Shown: positions 51,017 through 64,000 of the stretch, piece after piece
How the letters are laid out: each line of letters begins with the position of its first letter
How positions within the stretch are numbered: position 1 is the stretch's first letter
From: Klebsormidium nitens
Lineage: Eukaryota; Plantae; Klebsormidiophyceae
NCBI GenBank assembly: GCA_000708835.1
Contig: DF237297.1
Span: forward strand, 34,724-98,723
DNA length: 64,000 nt
Direction: 5' to 3'
Position numbers and translations under genes: made by a program
The notes under the pieces: generated by a model
Told to the model about the DNA's origin: nothing
Databases searched by the model: none
The model's input: only the letters and a program-made list of their open reading frames with translations

Positions 51017-52592
51017 TCTGCATTAAGGAGACCAAAATGCATTCAGATAAGCGTCGGGCAGCCAAGGCTGATGCCGCTGGAAACAAGAAGCAGAGCAGTA
51101 ACGACCATGCCCTTCTTTCGCGGATGCAAGATCCCCTGTCCTACCATTGAAGAGAGAACAATCGAACGGAATTGTATTCACAGACGGTGGGCAAGCACAA
51201 CAGGTAGTCAAGTCCGAACCATCTCAAGGCGATGAAGGAACACAGGAAGACTCCTGTTGACAATTGCCGACAGCTCAGGATGACCAGCTTCCGTTGGACA
51301 TCTACAAGCTCTTCAGTCGGTTACACGTCAGACCGATTCGGTGCGCTGCATACCGAGCAGCTTGCTTCATGGTAAACTGATGCCGCAAGACAGTCAAGTA
51401 CCGCTGAAGCTTTCATGCTATAAAGTCACAAAAGGAGAAATAGAAAGGAGATGTGCTTCACCTTTGAGGTTGCCCTAAAGCTTCACTTGTTCTCAGCAAT
51501 ACCTCCTCGGTTGCATGATCTCTCTGCTGCTGCTAGGGGTTTCAAGCCCTTCTCGAAGTCCTTTACAGGCCTGATAGAATAGACTTTCGACGACCACACC
51601 TTGTGTACCTCCACCTAGGCCCCGACTCTAGAAGCTCTCGTGCAACATCAGTGGACTCTGACAGGAAGGACGGCCTTCTCACAAAGATGCAGGAACTCCT
51701 CACACAAATCAAAATGATTTAATATTTGCTCTGTCGCTGCTGCCAAATGTACTACAGAACTGGCTAAGCTTAAGCATCAGGATTTAGATAACCTCCCCAG
51801 TAAAGAAGACCTTGGATTAACAAAATGCACAGAAAAGCTCCCGCAGCTCGAAAGCGAGGACCAGAGAATCTCCTTTGTGGCAAAAGAGTAGTGAAGATGG
51901 GAAGACTGAGTTTCGCCTGCTGTTGAAGGGCGCCTGGTAGACCTGCCTATGGGGCCCTAAAACCAGCTCCTAGCTAGCTACCTCTGCACCACAGACAGAA
52001 GCTTGGAAAATGGTGGCGCAATGGGCCAATGGCGTGCTTCCCTAGCTCTGTCAGATTCACATGGTGTTCAAATTGTTGCCCGTTGAGCTCTGTGGCAAAC
52101 CTGCTTGCCTGACCCAAGTCCAGTTTGCCTATCCCGTATCTCGGGCAGTCCGATTAAGAAGAAGCCTTCATCGGACGGCTTCCGCAATTTCGAATTGGAA
52201 AACTTGGTCAGGCGGCGCGGCAAGGGTTTGAACTCCAACTTTCATACTTTGATATCAACCGAGTTCCGTTGGTTCCGGTCACCGGACTGCACGACTCACG
52301 ACTCACCGGACTCTGCGTTGAACCGTCGCCAAACTAGAAATCTACAAGATCAACATCAAGATGGATACTTCGCTCCACACCTAGATGCAATACCCTCTGT
52401 GCAATGTTTTAACTCGTGCGTGCATGCCAAGTCACAGCGCACCTAGGAAGAGAAGAAGTTTTAGAATTGTAAATTATGTATTAAATCGTACTACAGGAGG
52501 AAGACGGAGGCACGCGGAGGCGCCCACCAGCGGAGTGTCACAGGCTTACGCGACACGTAAATAAGTCGCATAAGGGCTCCCTGTCTGCAGCA

Positions 52593-55532
52593 ATGTTCGT
52601 GGTTACCAGCCTCGGGGCGTGCGCCGCATCATGTGCCGCGACTTGTGCGTGCGCAGCATGCAGAGGCGTGGCCGGCGGCATCAGCCGCAGGAGCGCACGT
52701 CTGGCGTACTGCGGCATCTTTTTGATGACCATGCTACTGGCATGGTTGCTGCGGGACTTTGCGGAGCCACTGCTCGACCATATTCCCTGTGAGTTTGCGA
52801 GTACCGGTTGCCGATGCTGGCGCGTCAGGACCGGGCGCAGTCCCGTCCATCCTTTCTGTGTTTGGAAAGTGCTTCCGGGTGATAAGTGAACAGGTCAGAG
52901 GTGGCCAGATGCTAGAGAGCAGCCTCGCAAGGTTGAAGTTGGGGAGTGCACGGTCACGTGATCAAGACGCTGTTTTAGTCTTTGCCCTGGTTTTGTTTTT
53001 GTAGAACACTCGCAACCCTAAAGCCGGAACTGCACGTCACGAGTTGCAGCGCTCTTTCATCTACACAACAGACATGGGGGGCTTCGAAAGTACAACTCAG
53101 CTTTAGGTTTCCATCTTACTGGAAAGTACATTGGAAGGTCGTAGTAAGGACAAAAAGCTGAAAAAGCTCAAATGCTAGACATAGAACTGTCAACTTTGTT
53201 TCACCAGTTCAACTTTGGTTCCTTGCACGCAAGATGTAGGTATGTAATCTAACAACTATTCTTTTCAAATACTTGCAACTTAACCTGCAACCAATGTTTT
53301 TGGCAGGGATCCATGCAATTGGGCTGAAACCTAGCAAAGAATGGTACGGCACGCAAGCTGTACTCCGCGTCAGCTTTGGCAGCTTCGTAAGTCGCCTTCC
53401 CTAAACCCTTCCATTTGAGAATCTGCAGACACCTCTACGTCAAAGGGTCCTCTTGAGCTGGTGTAGCTTATGTAGGAGCCTCCGTGCGGGGCTGGCACAT
53501 GGAAGAAGACTGCGTAGCCTGTTTAGCCCTTCAAAAAATGGTTGTGAGGAGTGCAGAAAATCGGTCTGCGGGTCTCAGCTGACTACTCGTGCACATGGGC
53601 CCCAGTTGGCTAGCTGTTGCTGAGAGGCGGTGCCGCCGGTGCCCTGACCCGTGTATGCGGCTCCTCCGGCTGCAGGCGTTCTTCACCCTGTTTGCCCTGG
53701 TCCTGATTGGCGTGAAGGACCAGCGTGAGCAGCGCGACGGCTGGCACCACGGCGGCTGGATGCTCAAGCTCTGCCTCTGGGGCCTGCTCATCCTGCTGGC
53801 CTTCCTCGCACCAAACGGCCTCATTGGGGCGTATGGTGAGACATAGCAGCATGCTCGAGGCCCTCTCTTCCCCAGCCTCCCTGCCAGCATGCGCAGCTGG
53901 CGAGCGTTGAAACACACAACCAAAAACTTATTCTGCTTTCGCAGGCTGGGACGTTCAGGTCTTCTTGATTGATTGGCACTATTTGTAAGTTGTGATCGAG
54001 CTGGCGGATTCGTATATGGCATTCCTTGGCGACGAGCATCTAGGCATCGACCCTGACACTGTTTTCGCTGCCGCGTTGTGCAGGCCAGGTGGCACGCTTT
54101 GGGTCGGGTCTCTTCTTGCTGGTGCAGGTCGTCATCCTCCTCGACTTTTCTCACTCGTGGAACGCGGCCTGGGTCGAGAAGGACGAGCAAAAGTGGTGAG
54201 CCTTCCTCGAGCTGGCCTCAGGTCTGCTGCACAAGCCAGCTGGTACTGCTATCGTCCTTGTTGCAGCCCTCGAGGAACAGAAGAGCGAGCCTGGGAGCCG
54301 TTTGTAAGAGTAAGCCGTTCCTCCCCATCTTGGTCGCAGATTGATGCAGAAGCGTCATTGAGGTGATGCTGAACGTCCATGCTGGGCCCGTTTTGTGGTC
54401 CCGAGCGCCCAGCTGACTCGACACGCCTGCTGTCCGTGTGCCCAGGTACCTGGCCCTGCTGGGCGTGTCGCTCTTCTGCTTCCTGCTGGCGCTCACCATG
54501 GCGGGCCTGCTGCTGCACTGGTTCCTCCCCGCGGGCGAGGACTGCCAGCTCAACCTGTTCTTCATCACCTTCTCGCTGCTCCTCGTGGCCGGCTTCACCG
54601 CCGCCTCGCTACACCCCGCCGTCAACGGCAGTCTGCTCCCCAGCTCCATCCTGGCCGTCTACTCCATGTACCTCTGCTACAGCGCCCTCGCCAGCGAGCC
54701 GCGCGCCTACGCCTGCAACGGCCTCGCCAAGCACCTCAACGCCGTCTCCGCCGGCACCCTGGCCAGCGGCATGCTGCTCACGCTGCTCTCCGTCGTTTAC
54801 TCGGCGGTGCGGGCCGGTTCTTCCAGCGGCACCTTCCTCTCGCCGCCTGGCTCCCCGCGCGGGTCCTCCCGGGAGCCCATGCTGCCCACCACGGCAGAGG
54901 GCAAGCACGGCCGCGCGGATCCAATCGACGAGGTGTCGGAGAGTGACGATGATGACGCACCCATGATGCGGCGGGGCAAGTCGACAGGGGGTCGCCCCAA
55001 GCCTGTGCGCTATGTGTACAGCTTCTTCCACGTCATCTTCGCGCTGGCGTCCATGTACAGGTGAGATTCGGACGGATGGCAGCGTCTGGGGTGCTGGTCA
55101 CTGGAGTTAAGGAGCTGGCCATGAAGGGCAGCAGGAGCAACAGCTTATCGCAATCTACGACCAGAGACGGTCACCTTGGTCCACTGCTCAGGCGTGTGTC
55201 CAAAAACTGATCGGCAGCCTTGGTTGCTGGTATCTGCGCTATGATGCTTCATGCATTCGTGCTTGTCAAGGTGCAACTGGGACCGTCTTTGATGACTCAA
55301 GACTCCACAAGGGAAGCTGGCTGTGGTTGCCCTTTTTGTAATTCTTGTCCACATCGTCTGCAGTGCCATGCTTTTGACGGGCTGGGGCTCCGCCGGCATT
55401 GAGGGCAAGGACATCATCGACGTAGGATGGCCGTCCGTTTGGGTCAAGATCGTGTCTCAATGGGTGACAGCAGCACTCTACATCTGGACCATGGTGGCGC
55501 CAATCATATTCCCCGACAGGGACTTCTCGTAG
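52593..55532 (+). CDS. SERINC: Serine incorporator (SERINC/TMS family) membrane protein, ~443 aa
   Basis: Exons 52593-52788, 53307-53386, 53676-53835, 54084-54195, 54446-55060, 55364-55532. Cys-rich N-terminus, SARLAY, AVLRVS, HHGGWMLK, LFLLVQVVILLDFSHSWN, GSLLPSS, YSFFHVIFALASMYSAMLLTGW, VWVKIVSQW, PDRDFS*. Confidence 0.95.
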
Positions 55533-55879
55533 GTAAGAAGTATGATTAGCAGCCTTCAAAATGTATAAACATAGCAGAACGAGCCGAAGAATCGATGTTT
55601 TTTATTGGCAATCGACCCTTTTTTGTAACATTCGAACATGGTCAGAGGGTCTGCCAAACATTTAGAGTACAACTGCAGTCTTGACCAGTATAGACAGGCA
55701 GGCTATAGTCCGAATTACTGTTCCTAGTGTCTGTGGATCCCCGTCACGTTGTATTTTGAGGACTCATACCTCACATTATCGTTGCCAGGCGGCCAGCCAA
55801 AGGTTGCCAGGCGGTGGCAATGGCCTCCCGATTTGTGCAGCCCAATCTAACTTTTTTGAAGTCACATCTTCGTGAGTAG

Positions 55880-56720
55880 CTGTATATATGCAGTGGGATG
55901 AAAATGAATCCACTGACATCTCAGAGTCGGCTCTGAGCTAGTCGGACCATTTGTCCGAGCTGCCTCGCATCATGCATTCACATTTTCAATTCTCAAAACT
56001 ACACATACGGTTCATATACAAAAGAATTACCTTTGATCCGGATGCAACAAGTTCATATCAGTATAGCTCATGGTTAGGCCCCCGCCCGTGACGCCCGTCA
56101 AGTCAAGCCTCGTATACTAGATCATTCGTGACTGCACACATGTATATATAGAGGCTATACGATCGGACCGTCCTATAGCTGGCACGTCAAATGCAGTCGG
56201 CCTCGAAGCTCACTGAGTCAGTGCCAGCCACATGTCACATGGCATGCAGCTTGGCGCAGCTAGCCTGCCATGGCGCAGGGCGGGCGGCCGCATATGGGTA
56301 TATGCCAATCATGATGCAAGATCGCGCCTATATATACTAGTGAGCGCTAGCAGGGCCTCCGGCCTCTGAACATGTGCAATAGCCAGCTGCGCGCCGGGAA
56401 CGGTATAGTATATATATAGCTGCGCATTATAAATCATTAGTATGCATGCGCATGACACACTGAAGTGCGCGCCGCCCGCGCACTGCGCGGCATCATGTGG
56501 ATTGTTACGGTAGTGGTACAGGCTATATAACGTGGCCGCGCGGCGCGTGCAACTTAACTATGAACGTATTGGTGATCTCGAATCGCGATCAGACGTCGCC
56601 GCGCCCTCGCACTAAGCTAGCTGGCTCTACTGGTGCATCATACACTAAAACTTCACATTCATTGAATTTTAGAATTGGGCCATGCACTGAACGTGCGCGT
56701 TCGCGACCGTACACAAGCAA
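55880..56720. other. Palindrome-rich convergent-junction spacer G
   Basis: CATCATGCAT, GTATAC, ACATGTATATATAG, CGATCG, GGCATGCAGCT, GCGGCCGCATATG, TATATATACTAGT, TATATATATAGCT, TATGCATGCGCATGA, GCGCGGCGCG between the 3' ends of SERINC and AHA1. Boundaries approximate. Confidence 0.7.
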
Positions 56721-57807
56721 CCTGCGATTTCTTTTTTGTTCGCGGTAGATTCTTCGTTATCTGTTTGAGTCGAGCGCGGCGGTGAATTTTCGAATTACCG
56801 CCGGCGAGTCGTACGGCGGTTTTGGGTTCAGTGTAAAAATTCGGGACTTAGCCGTTTTCGGAGGTCAAAATCGCCCGGACACGGGGCAAAAGTCAAAATC
56901 TGGCCGAAAAGCTGCCATAAGTCGGTCGAAAAAAATATTTGGACCAAACCCTCCGGTCAATCTCTTGTATACGCCCTCCCCATGAACTCCAACATTTTAC
57001 ATCTTCCTATTTGACTCACATTTGATACCGACCATGTCAAATATGATCGTAAATATCAGAAAATGGCGATTCTGCGGGTAAAAATCGCCGTGAGTACAGG
57101 CATACGCGACTCGGCGCGAAACTACCTATCGCGCACGGATTTTCCAACTTTTTGCCTCTAGACTCGCGGGTTCAGGTTGCTTGTGTATCGAATTGTGGCC
57201 CACAGATCAGTTTCGCATCGGATAGAAGTTGGAATGATCGGACCGCCGCCGGTGGTCGCTTGTATGTTAGATGCTCATTCAATTATTTTACTGCATCGGG
57301 GATAGTTGAAAGAAAACCACTCGTTTGCATCAAGCAATGATCGCCACGCTGCCGCCAAAGTGCGCGTTCAAGTTATCATCTAGTATACGTATATATTATC
57401 AGTGGTCAGTCGACCCAGCCGGGCATGGTTAGTCATTTCTCAATTGCCATGCAGTTACTGCTGCTCGGGTACGTCCCTGCACGCTACTTGTTGGCAGCGA
57501 ATCGTTTCCCATTCCCAATCCAAGGACATTCTTAAGTCCGTTGAAAGTACTGTCGATCTCACTTCGAGAATCAATTTGCATAATTCAAGACCCATTCCAG
57601 CGTGATCCATAAGTCACAGATTGTATGTCAAACAATCTCTTCCAATCATCCAGCTAGATCAGGCACGTGCTCTTCATAACACGAATAGCCTCACATCCCT
57701 GACAATATTTGCAAGGTCTGTTTGGTGCAAACAATGCCCACTGTTCTGAGGGCAGGTTACGAGAAAAGTTCTGGCAGGTACGGAATCTGATCGATCAGGC
57801 CCTTTTG

Positions 57808-59921
57808 TCAAGCGCCGTAGCCGAATACCACACGGATCTGCAAGCAACAGAACGATGGTACGTTTTGTTGATCAGATAGCCCCTCATAACAGCATTGATC
57901 AGACTAATACACGCAAGGGTCATGCAATGTCCCCAAATGTCGACTGTGCCAAGCTCGGACATGATACTACAATAAACCTACACAGAAATCCTGTGTGTGA
58001 AGCCGTTGCCACCAGACAGGTCTTGCACCTGCCCCCATGGCTCGTTGGGGTCAGAATGGGTCATCTGAGAGGAAGACCAAGTCCAGGCACGCACCTTTTG
58101 GAAGATGAGCTCCCGCCACCCGTGCTCCGCAGTTTCCACGATCCCGCCGTTGCCGTACCTGGGCACAGGGGTATAGAAACAGGTGATTTGAAGCTCTCAT
58201 CTGGCTCGAAGCACTCTTTCCAGTCGAGCAGTTACGAAGGTACCGGTGGCCATGAAGAGGGGGCCTCCCAACACTCCGCGCAGCACCTGTGCAATGAGTC
58301 AGACCAACGTATTCACAAGCTAGCGAGCGTCTGCATAGAGGCCATGGCCTCTGCCCGTGTGAAGCCTGTCCGCCTCTCCCTTCTTACCTGTCCTCGTCCG
58401 GGATGTCCGTTTGGCTCAGCTTCACGAGGGTGGTGCCCTCCTCCGGCTCCTCCAGCGTGAGGCACACCTGCACACACGCTCCCCCCACACCTCAGCGCGA
58501 ATGCCGCCGGCAGCCTCATTGAGTGTACCGCAGCCCTAGGAGACACGGGCTCAGATTTGTCGTGCATTTCGTGGAAGAATGTACTGGCAACCACCAACCA
58601 GGAGAGTGTCTGGATCCTGATCAGCTCGCGCCTGCCCTGGCAGCCGTGTGCCGTTGGCTCACCGTGGAGTAGACGCCGTCGGGCCAGTTACTGAAGCGCC
58701 ACTTTTGGATGATCAGCTCATACGGCACCACGTCTTGGACCACGCCCGTCACTGCCCCGTCAAAGAGCGAAAACGCGCGACCCTTTTCCGCTGCGATGCT
58801 GGCATTACTCTGTGTGAAAGCCTTCACACGCCGCTCGTCCAGCAGTGCCTCGAACACGTCGCGCGCCCGGCAATAGAACTTTTGCGTCATCTTGATGCTC
58901 TTGGTCCCCGCCTTGCCGCCCTTCTGCTCTGACCCTTTTTCGGCCTCCCCCTTGCTGCTAGCCCCGCTGTTGGAGACTCCAGCACTTGACGCCGATGGCT
59001 TGGCTGACGTTGCAGCTGGCACGGTCCCTTTCACCTCATCCTTGGCTGCTCCCCCTGCTGCGAACTCCTTCACAAACATTCTCAGCGCCTCAGCAATGAG
59101 CGGCCGCCCCTTGCTGACCACGGCGTCGCGCAGCCGCGTCCCCGCTGGCCCCGCCCCCTCCGCCACACTGACTTTGATCTCGGGGTCCTCATCCGCGTTC
59201 TCGTCCGCCAGATACGGGATGACAATGGCCCCGCGCGCACGCGCCACCGCGGCGCCCTCCCCATCGCGCACTTCACCCTCCCAGGCCAGCTTGACGGTCA
59301 GCTCGTAGCCAGGGATCATCTTGCCCTTCCGGATGTTGATGTACTGCGCAGCGCACTGCAGGTCAGCGCAGCAGCCACCAGCAGTGCAGACGGTGAAAGA
59401 AGCAATGATGCAGAGGGCAGAACAATGAGGCCAAGAGAGCGCCCGTCTAACCTTCCACAGCCAAGCAAAGTTGTTGTCCAATACGGGCGGGCGGCAGGTG
59501 CGGGCTCACCGCATCCCCTTTACAGGAGTCGAGGGTGGTGGTCTTGGCCCAGCAGCCGCCCTCCCCCTGCAGCATCTGAATGCCGCTCAGCAGCTCGCCC
59601 AGCCGCCGCTGCGACCACGGCAGGCAGTCCTTCTCCGTCCACTGGCAACACAGGCACACGGCAGTGAGACGCAGCGGAGAGCCACATTGCCTACTCATCA
59701 AACAATGAACTTGCACCAGGCACACATTGCAAGCAGATACTGTTCCACTCATCTACTCCTGGGACCAAATTGCGAGAACCAACAGCCCGCAAGCGATTAT
59801 TAGAAAGAAGTCGCATAATCTGAATGTTTGAAGGGCCACTCACATGATAGTTGTTCACATTTCTCCCATCCTGTCGCTCGCTGACAATCCATCGCTTATC
59901 TCCTTCCCCCATTTTAGCCAT
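57808..59921 (-). CDS. AHA1: Activator of Hsp90 ATPase (Aha1_N + AHSA1 domains), 354 aa
   Basis: Exons 59921-59844, 59641-59510, 59343-58663, 58467-58388, 58158-58095, 57837-57808. MAKMGEGDKRWIVSERQDGRNVNNYHWTEKD (NxNNxHW), RKGKMIPGYEL, QKWRFSNW, GWRELIFQKIRVVFGYG. Confidence 0.95.
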
Positions 59922-60509
59922 TGTTGCTGCTGATTTCAAGGCGCCTCCCGTGATACAAATGCGAAGAATGTGATATTAAAGGCCAGCACTGCGGATCTCA
60001 ACCACCACCACCAATGTGAACAGTGAAGCTGTCCATTCAATTTCAAGAGAACATTCGAGAAAATTGAAGGACATCATACATGGATTTGCCACTGATCTTA
60101 GGGTTTGGTTTCTGACCTTACAGGCCAAGTGAAGGTAGTTGTTCAACGTTCGACATACAACGTTCGAAAGAGGTGCAGGAATGCTATGAGTGCCTCGTCG
60201 ATACATACCCTGTCGAAATTAGGTTACGTATTGGTGGAAGCGCTCAGCTTTAAACCGTCCACCGGCAGTTTCCGCACATGTTTGAATTTCAAATTTGTTT
60301 GGCCAGCCTGCTGCCTAGGCTTGCCTGACCTGAAGTTCCATCTTCCAATTTCCAAAGCAGATTCAGGGGCGCAGTTGAGCAATGCCTATAGCGAGCCATA
60401 CCTACTAGGTACTGATTCATGTAGAATAGCATTTATAGCTGCCTCTCATCTCTCGTCTCTGTTCCTGCTGGACCGCTGATTGCATTCTGTTGCTGTCTGC
60501 GGCGCTGGC

Positions 60510-62936
60510 ATGGCGCGCGGTGCGGACCGCGATGAGGACGAGGAGGAGGAAGAGAAGGATGGGGGCACTGCGTGGGGCAGCATCTTCAGCATCCAGAACG
60601 TGGGCGGCAACCTGTTCACCGTGCTGCAGCTGGCGCTCATGACGTGGGGCATACGGGAGGTCAGTCGCACCCTGCAGCACGACAATGCAAGCGGGCAAGG
60701 CCAGGGGACGGCAGATCTCAACGTTGTTTCTTGGGCCTCTTTGTGCTGATCATATCGAGCTCATCAGCTGGAGCGTTGGGACGGACAGCAGTTCTCAAGC
60801 ATGGGTGCAACCAAAGACAGAGAAACTGCATTGAGTGCGTCAGAGATTTTTATCTTTGGATGTGGTCTGATTAGAAAAAGCTCAGAATCAAAAGTGGCAG
60901 TTGGCAATTAGAATAGCACAGAATAAGCATGAGCATCAGGGTGCATCGGGAGAGTGATTGATGCAGGCAGCTCACCGCTGGCCTTATGATGCATATCATG
61001 CCCCTGTAGAGGGGTAATTTCTCTGCGTGTCTGCTTGGCTTTCCTCTTCCGTCCAGATAAGGGAGCTGCACAACATAGAGCTCTAAGATGGACTCCTTGC
61101 GGCAACTTGCGGGGTCTCTGATGACTGGGCCCTTAAAAAGGCCATCTTTCTACCTGATGCACTAACCTCAGCATGGGTTCGCATGCGGGTAATCATCAAG
61201 GAAAGCTCTGTGCTTTTGTCCTCCCCCCCTCCTAGCCCCCCATCCCCCCCCTCGCTGGTCACCGGCTTGGGACCCCTGTTGTCGTGTGCAGCTGCGGCGT
61301 GCCTGGGCCGCCCACTCTGCTGCCAAGGCGCGTGCTGCCAGCTTTGCTCAGGGCAGCGCAGCTCCCGCCTTTGCGGGCATCAGCGCTGCGGCGCTGCGCC
61401 TGCTGGTGGACACTCAGCCGCTGCCGTACGCCATCATTGATTGCCGCCCGCGCGAGGAGGCGCGCGCCAGCCCCGCCCCCTTCAAGGACGTGCTAGTCAT
61501 TCCGGGTGAGCACGCCGGCGCGCGGCCTGCCACAGCGCAGCAGCCTGGAGAGAGCTCATCTGATGTTGGGGCCAGCAAATGTGTGCATTCTTTACTTGAA
61601 TACCGGTCGGAGTCCCAAGTACAGATCTCGCTTGCCTCCCGGCACTGTCAATGTTGGGGCTCCCGCACTTGGTCTGGTCTGGTCTGGACTCAAGTCCCAC
61701 TGATCTCTCGTTCGCCCCCTTCTTCTCTCTACAGAGCCGGAGCTACGATTCGCCCTGCAGCTCCCCCCACCCGCCTGGGAGGCCCGCTACGGCCCCGCCC
61801 CTCTTCCCGACCGCCGCAAGGCCGTGGTGTTCCTGTCCGCCAATGGGCGCCGCTCAGCGCAGGCGGCTGCGAGCGCGGCGTCGGTGGGGTACAGCCGCTG
61901 CCTGGTGCTGCAGGGGGGCCTGGCCGCGTACATGAGCGAGGCCAAGAGCGAGCGCCGCCCCGCGCGCTGCCTCAGCCGCCACGCGGTGGCGCTGCTCCTG
62001 CAAGGCCAGGCGCGCCCAGTGGCCAACGGGGGGGACGGCCACGCGGAGGCGGGCCACGCAGCAGCGGGGGGATGCGCGGAGAGGGGGGGGCAGCCCCCGG
62101 TGGTGGTGGTGGACCTGCGGCGGCACGACGAGCGCGCGCTGTATGGGGCCATACAAGGGTCGGTGCACATCCCAGGTGAGGAACAGGAGGGAGGGTAAGA
62201 GACGCGACGAGAAAATACGAGGGGGGAGCTGCAAGCGGGCTGCTGTTGTCAGGTGATGATGCAGCCATGGCCCCACCCTGTTGCAGCGTTGTCTTGGTAT
62301 GATTGGCCACCTGCTCGTTCTTCATGAGGTACGAGGCTCATCCGTTTGCCCATTCTTCCCCACTTTGTGCCCATAAAGTCACCCACGCGACGCTGGCCTG
62401 ACTTGCGTTGGTGTCGCGGTGTGGCAGTGGACCAGTGGGCGCGTGCGCTGGCGCTGGACGGCGAGGCGTGGGAGGCGGTGTACCACTGCCCCAAGCTGGG
62501 CCGCGACGCCCTGCTCGTGCTGGCCTGCCGCACCGAGCGCCGCTCCACGTGGGCCGCGCAGGTCGCGCACGACTGCGGGCTGCGCCGCGTCTTCGTGCTC
62601 AGCGGGGGGACCAACGGCTGGCGCTTCGACCCCCAGGTCGAGGTCTACGACGGCTACAAGGAGGTGAGCGCCACCGGCCCTGTTGACGGAAGGGCTGCAC
62701 CCAGCGGGGCAGGGGAACGGCCGCGACAGGGGCGGGCGGAATTGTCCAGTTTGCACAGTCAGTTTGTGTTTGCCAAAGGTGGACTGCTTGTCTCATGCAT
62801 CCTTTCTCTGGTGCTAATAGAGGAAAGTGCGCGGCTGCAGGGGTCGGCCCCACCGGCTCCCGTCCCTTTTGAGGTGGAGAAAGTGGACGAGGAGGCAGCC
62901 ACCAAAGAGCTGCGAGACTTAGGACTGCTCAGGTAA
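60510..62936 (+). CDS. Tandem rhodanese-domain protein with an N-terminal acidic stretch and hydrophobic helix, ~378 aa
   Basis: Exons 60510-60659, 61292-61505, 61735-62175, 62428-62663, 62841-62936; phases consistent. Domain 1: IIDCRPREE..VIP..VVFLSANGRRSAQAA..GYSRCLVLQGGLAAY. Domain 2: VVDLRRHDE..IQGSVHIP..LVLACRTERRSTWAA..VFVLSGGTNGW. Confidence 0.82.
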
Positions 62937-63279
62937 TTAGACAGACGGACATATAGGAACTGACGGTTTGGCAATTTGGACGTTTCATGTAGACTCTAAA
63001 GCAAGAAGTGCGCTGGTTATATCTGAACGGTCGGACTTGGAAAGGCGACGGTGTTCGAACCACTAGGATCCAACTATGGTGTACATGTGAGAAGTCTGAA
63101 CAAGGCAGCTTAGATGTAACGCTTCACTGGAGATATTTGGGGCCGGTTAGTGAGGATATTCCATCATTGTAGATCATACGGTGCTTGTAAAGGGGCATCC
63201 TAGCTTGAGCTCAAGTCTTCAAAGATCAAGAAGGGACTCTACTTCAATCTGCAACGTGTACTCGAAGCTTGATTTTTGA

Positions 63280-64000
63280 ATGCCTCGAGCTAGCGCTTTT
63301 GGATTAGACCTTGACAGTTTGACCTTAAGGGCAACTTGAATTTTACTGATGTTATTTTGCTGCATGATCGATTATATATTTATATGCATATCTTGCATGC
63401 AGTGAGGCGGATGAATCCCGAGTACATTGATTTGCGCCCCGCAGTGTTATTGGAATTCGGTACCGTACACTGAGGTCGGCCTACTACACATAGCGATCAA
63501 ATGTATATCGAATTCCAATCCGATCTACATGCATGCACTGCGGCGAACTGGCCGCGCCGGCCTACATACAATTACAGTGGGCGGCCGATTTACCAGCTGA
63601 GCGGTGTGCATATTCAATTGGGTCCGATCACACGGCCGTTTGCATGACAGTTTGAAATATCATGTGTATATAAAGTCGGCGGATCGATCATGACGCATAT
63701 ACTCAATCTGTAAACCTAGCTAGGTTTACAGCTAGCTAGGTCAATATATGCTAGCTACCTAGGCTCGTAACAGATCGAACAAATAAGGATCGATATGCAT
63801 GTGCAGAAAAACTTAAAAGCTAGAAAGCTAGAAAGCTAGAGACCATGCACAAAATTACATGCACGCGGGAATGCGTCAATGACTGTCAGCAGTGAGCTAG
63901 ACCGTCTAAATTAAACGATTAAATAATTAATTAAATGATTAAGTGATTATAATTGTTAATTGTTAATTGTTTATTAACGTCGGTTCGGAGCCATGACATG
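63280..64000. other. Palindrome-rich spacer H, downstream of the rhodanese gene, running off the window
   Basis: GCATGATCGAT, TATATTTATATGCATAT, TACATGCATGCA, GGCCGCGCCGGCC, CGGATCGATCATGA, TAGCTAGCTAG, (AAAGCTAG)3, TTAATTAA arrays. Confidence 0.7.

Noticed and set aside
51240-52100. Possible extra Aurora 5' exons or a decayed ORF in the Aurora/SERINC head-to-head region
   Set aside because: Only short frames broken by stops, and no phase-consistent link to the acceptor-like CAG before ATG 51016; left unresolved.

Overview
Gene-dense, GC-rich, intron-rich eukaryotic nuclear DNA. The land-plant-type gene content, GT(G/A)AG donors and TGCAG acceptors suggest a streptophyte green alga such as Klebsormidium; this is inference and was not checked against a database. 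I reconstructed 14 protein-coding genes by hand with phase-consistent GT-AG exon chains. In order they encode: a membrane-anchored hypothetical protein (5' end unresolved), TEN1, a ~2356-aa TDBD/PHD/GNAT IDM1-family chromatin protein, an intronless F-box protein, a ubiquitin-RUB/NEDD8 fusion, RNase H2 subunit C, EMC8/9, an Asp/Glu-racemase-family protein, an At5g43822/C1orf109-like protein, APE2, Aurora kinase, SERINC, AHA1 and a tandem rhodanese protein. Two non-autonomous TIR elements are present: a Tourist/PIF-Harbinger-like MITE with a TTA target-site duplication (TSD), and a 281-bp element with a 6-bp TSD. Main observations: (1) gene orientation alternates almost perfectly (12 of 13 junctions); (2) all six convergent 3'-3' junctions, and none of the six divergent ones, carry a 0.3-0.9 kb tract packed with short palindromes, with no shared sequence between copies that I could see; (3) the single break in alternation also carries such a tract, which predicts a hidden or decayed + strand gene at ~22.3-24.8 kb; (4) the racemase homolog has lost both canonical catalytic cysteines; (5) two splice-junction-spanning duplications in the IDM1-like gene create candidate frameshifting micro-exons upstream of the GNAT domain. 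No rRNA, tRNA or CRISPR array was found.
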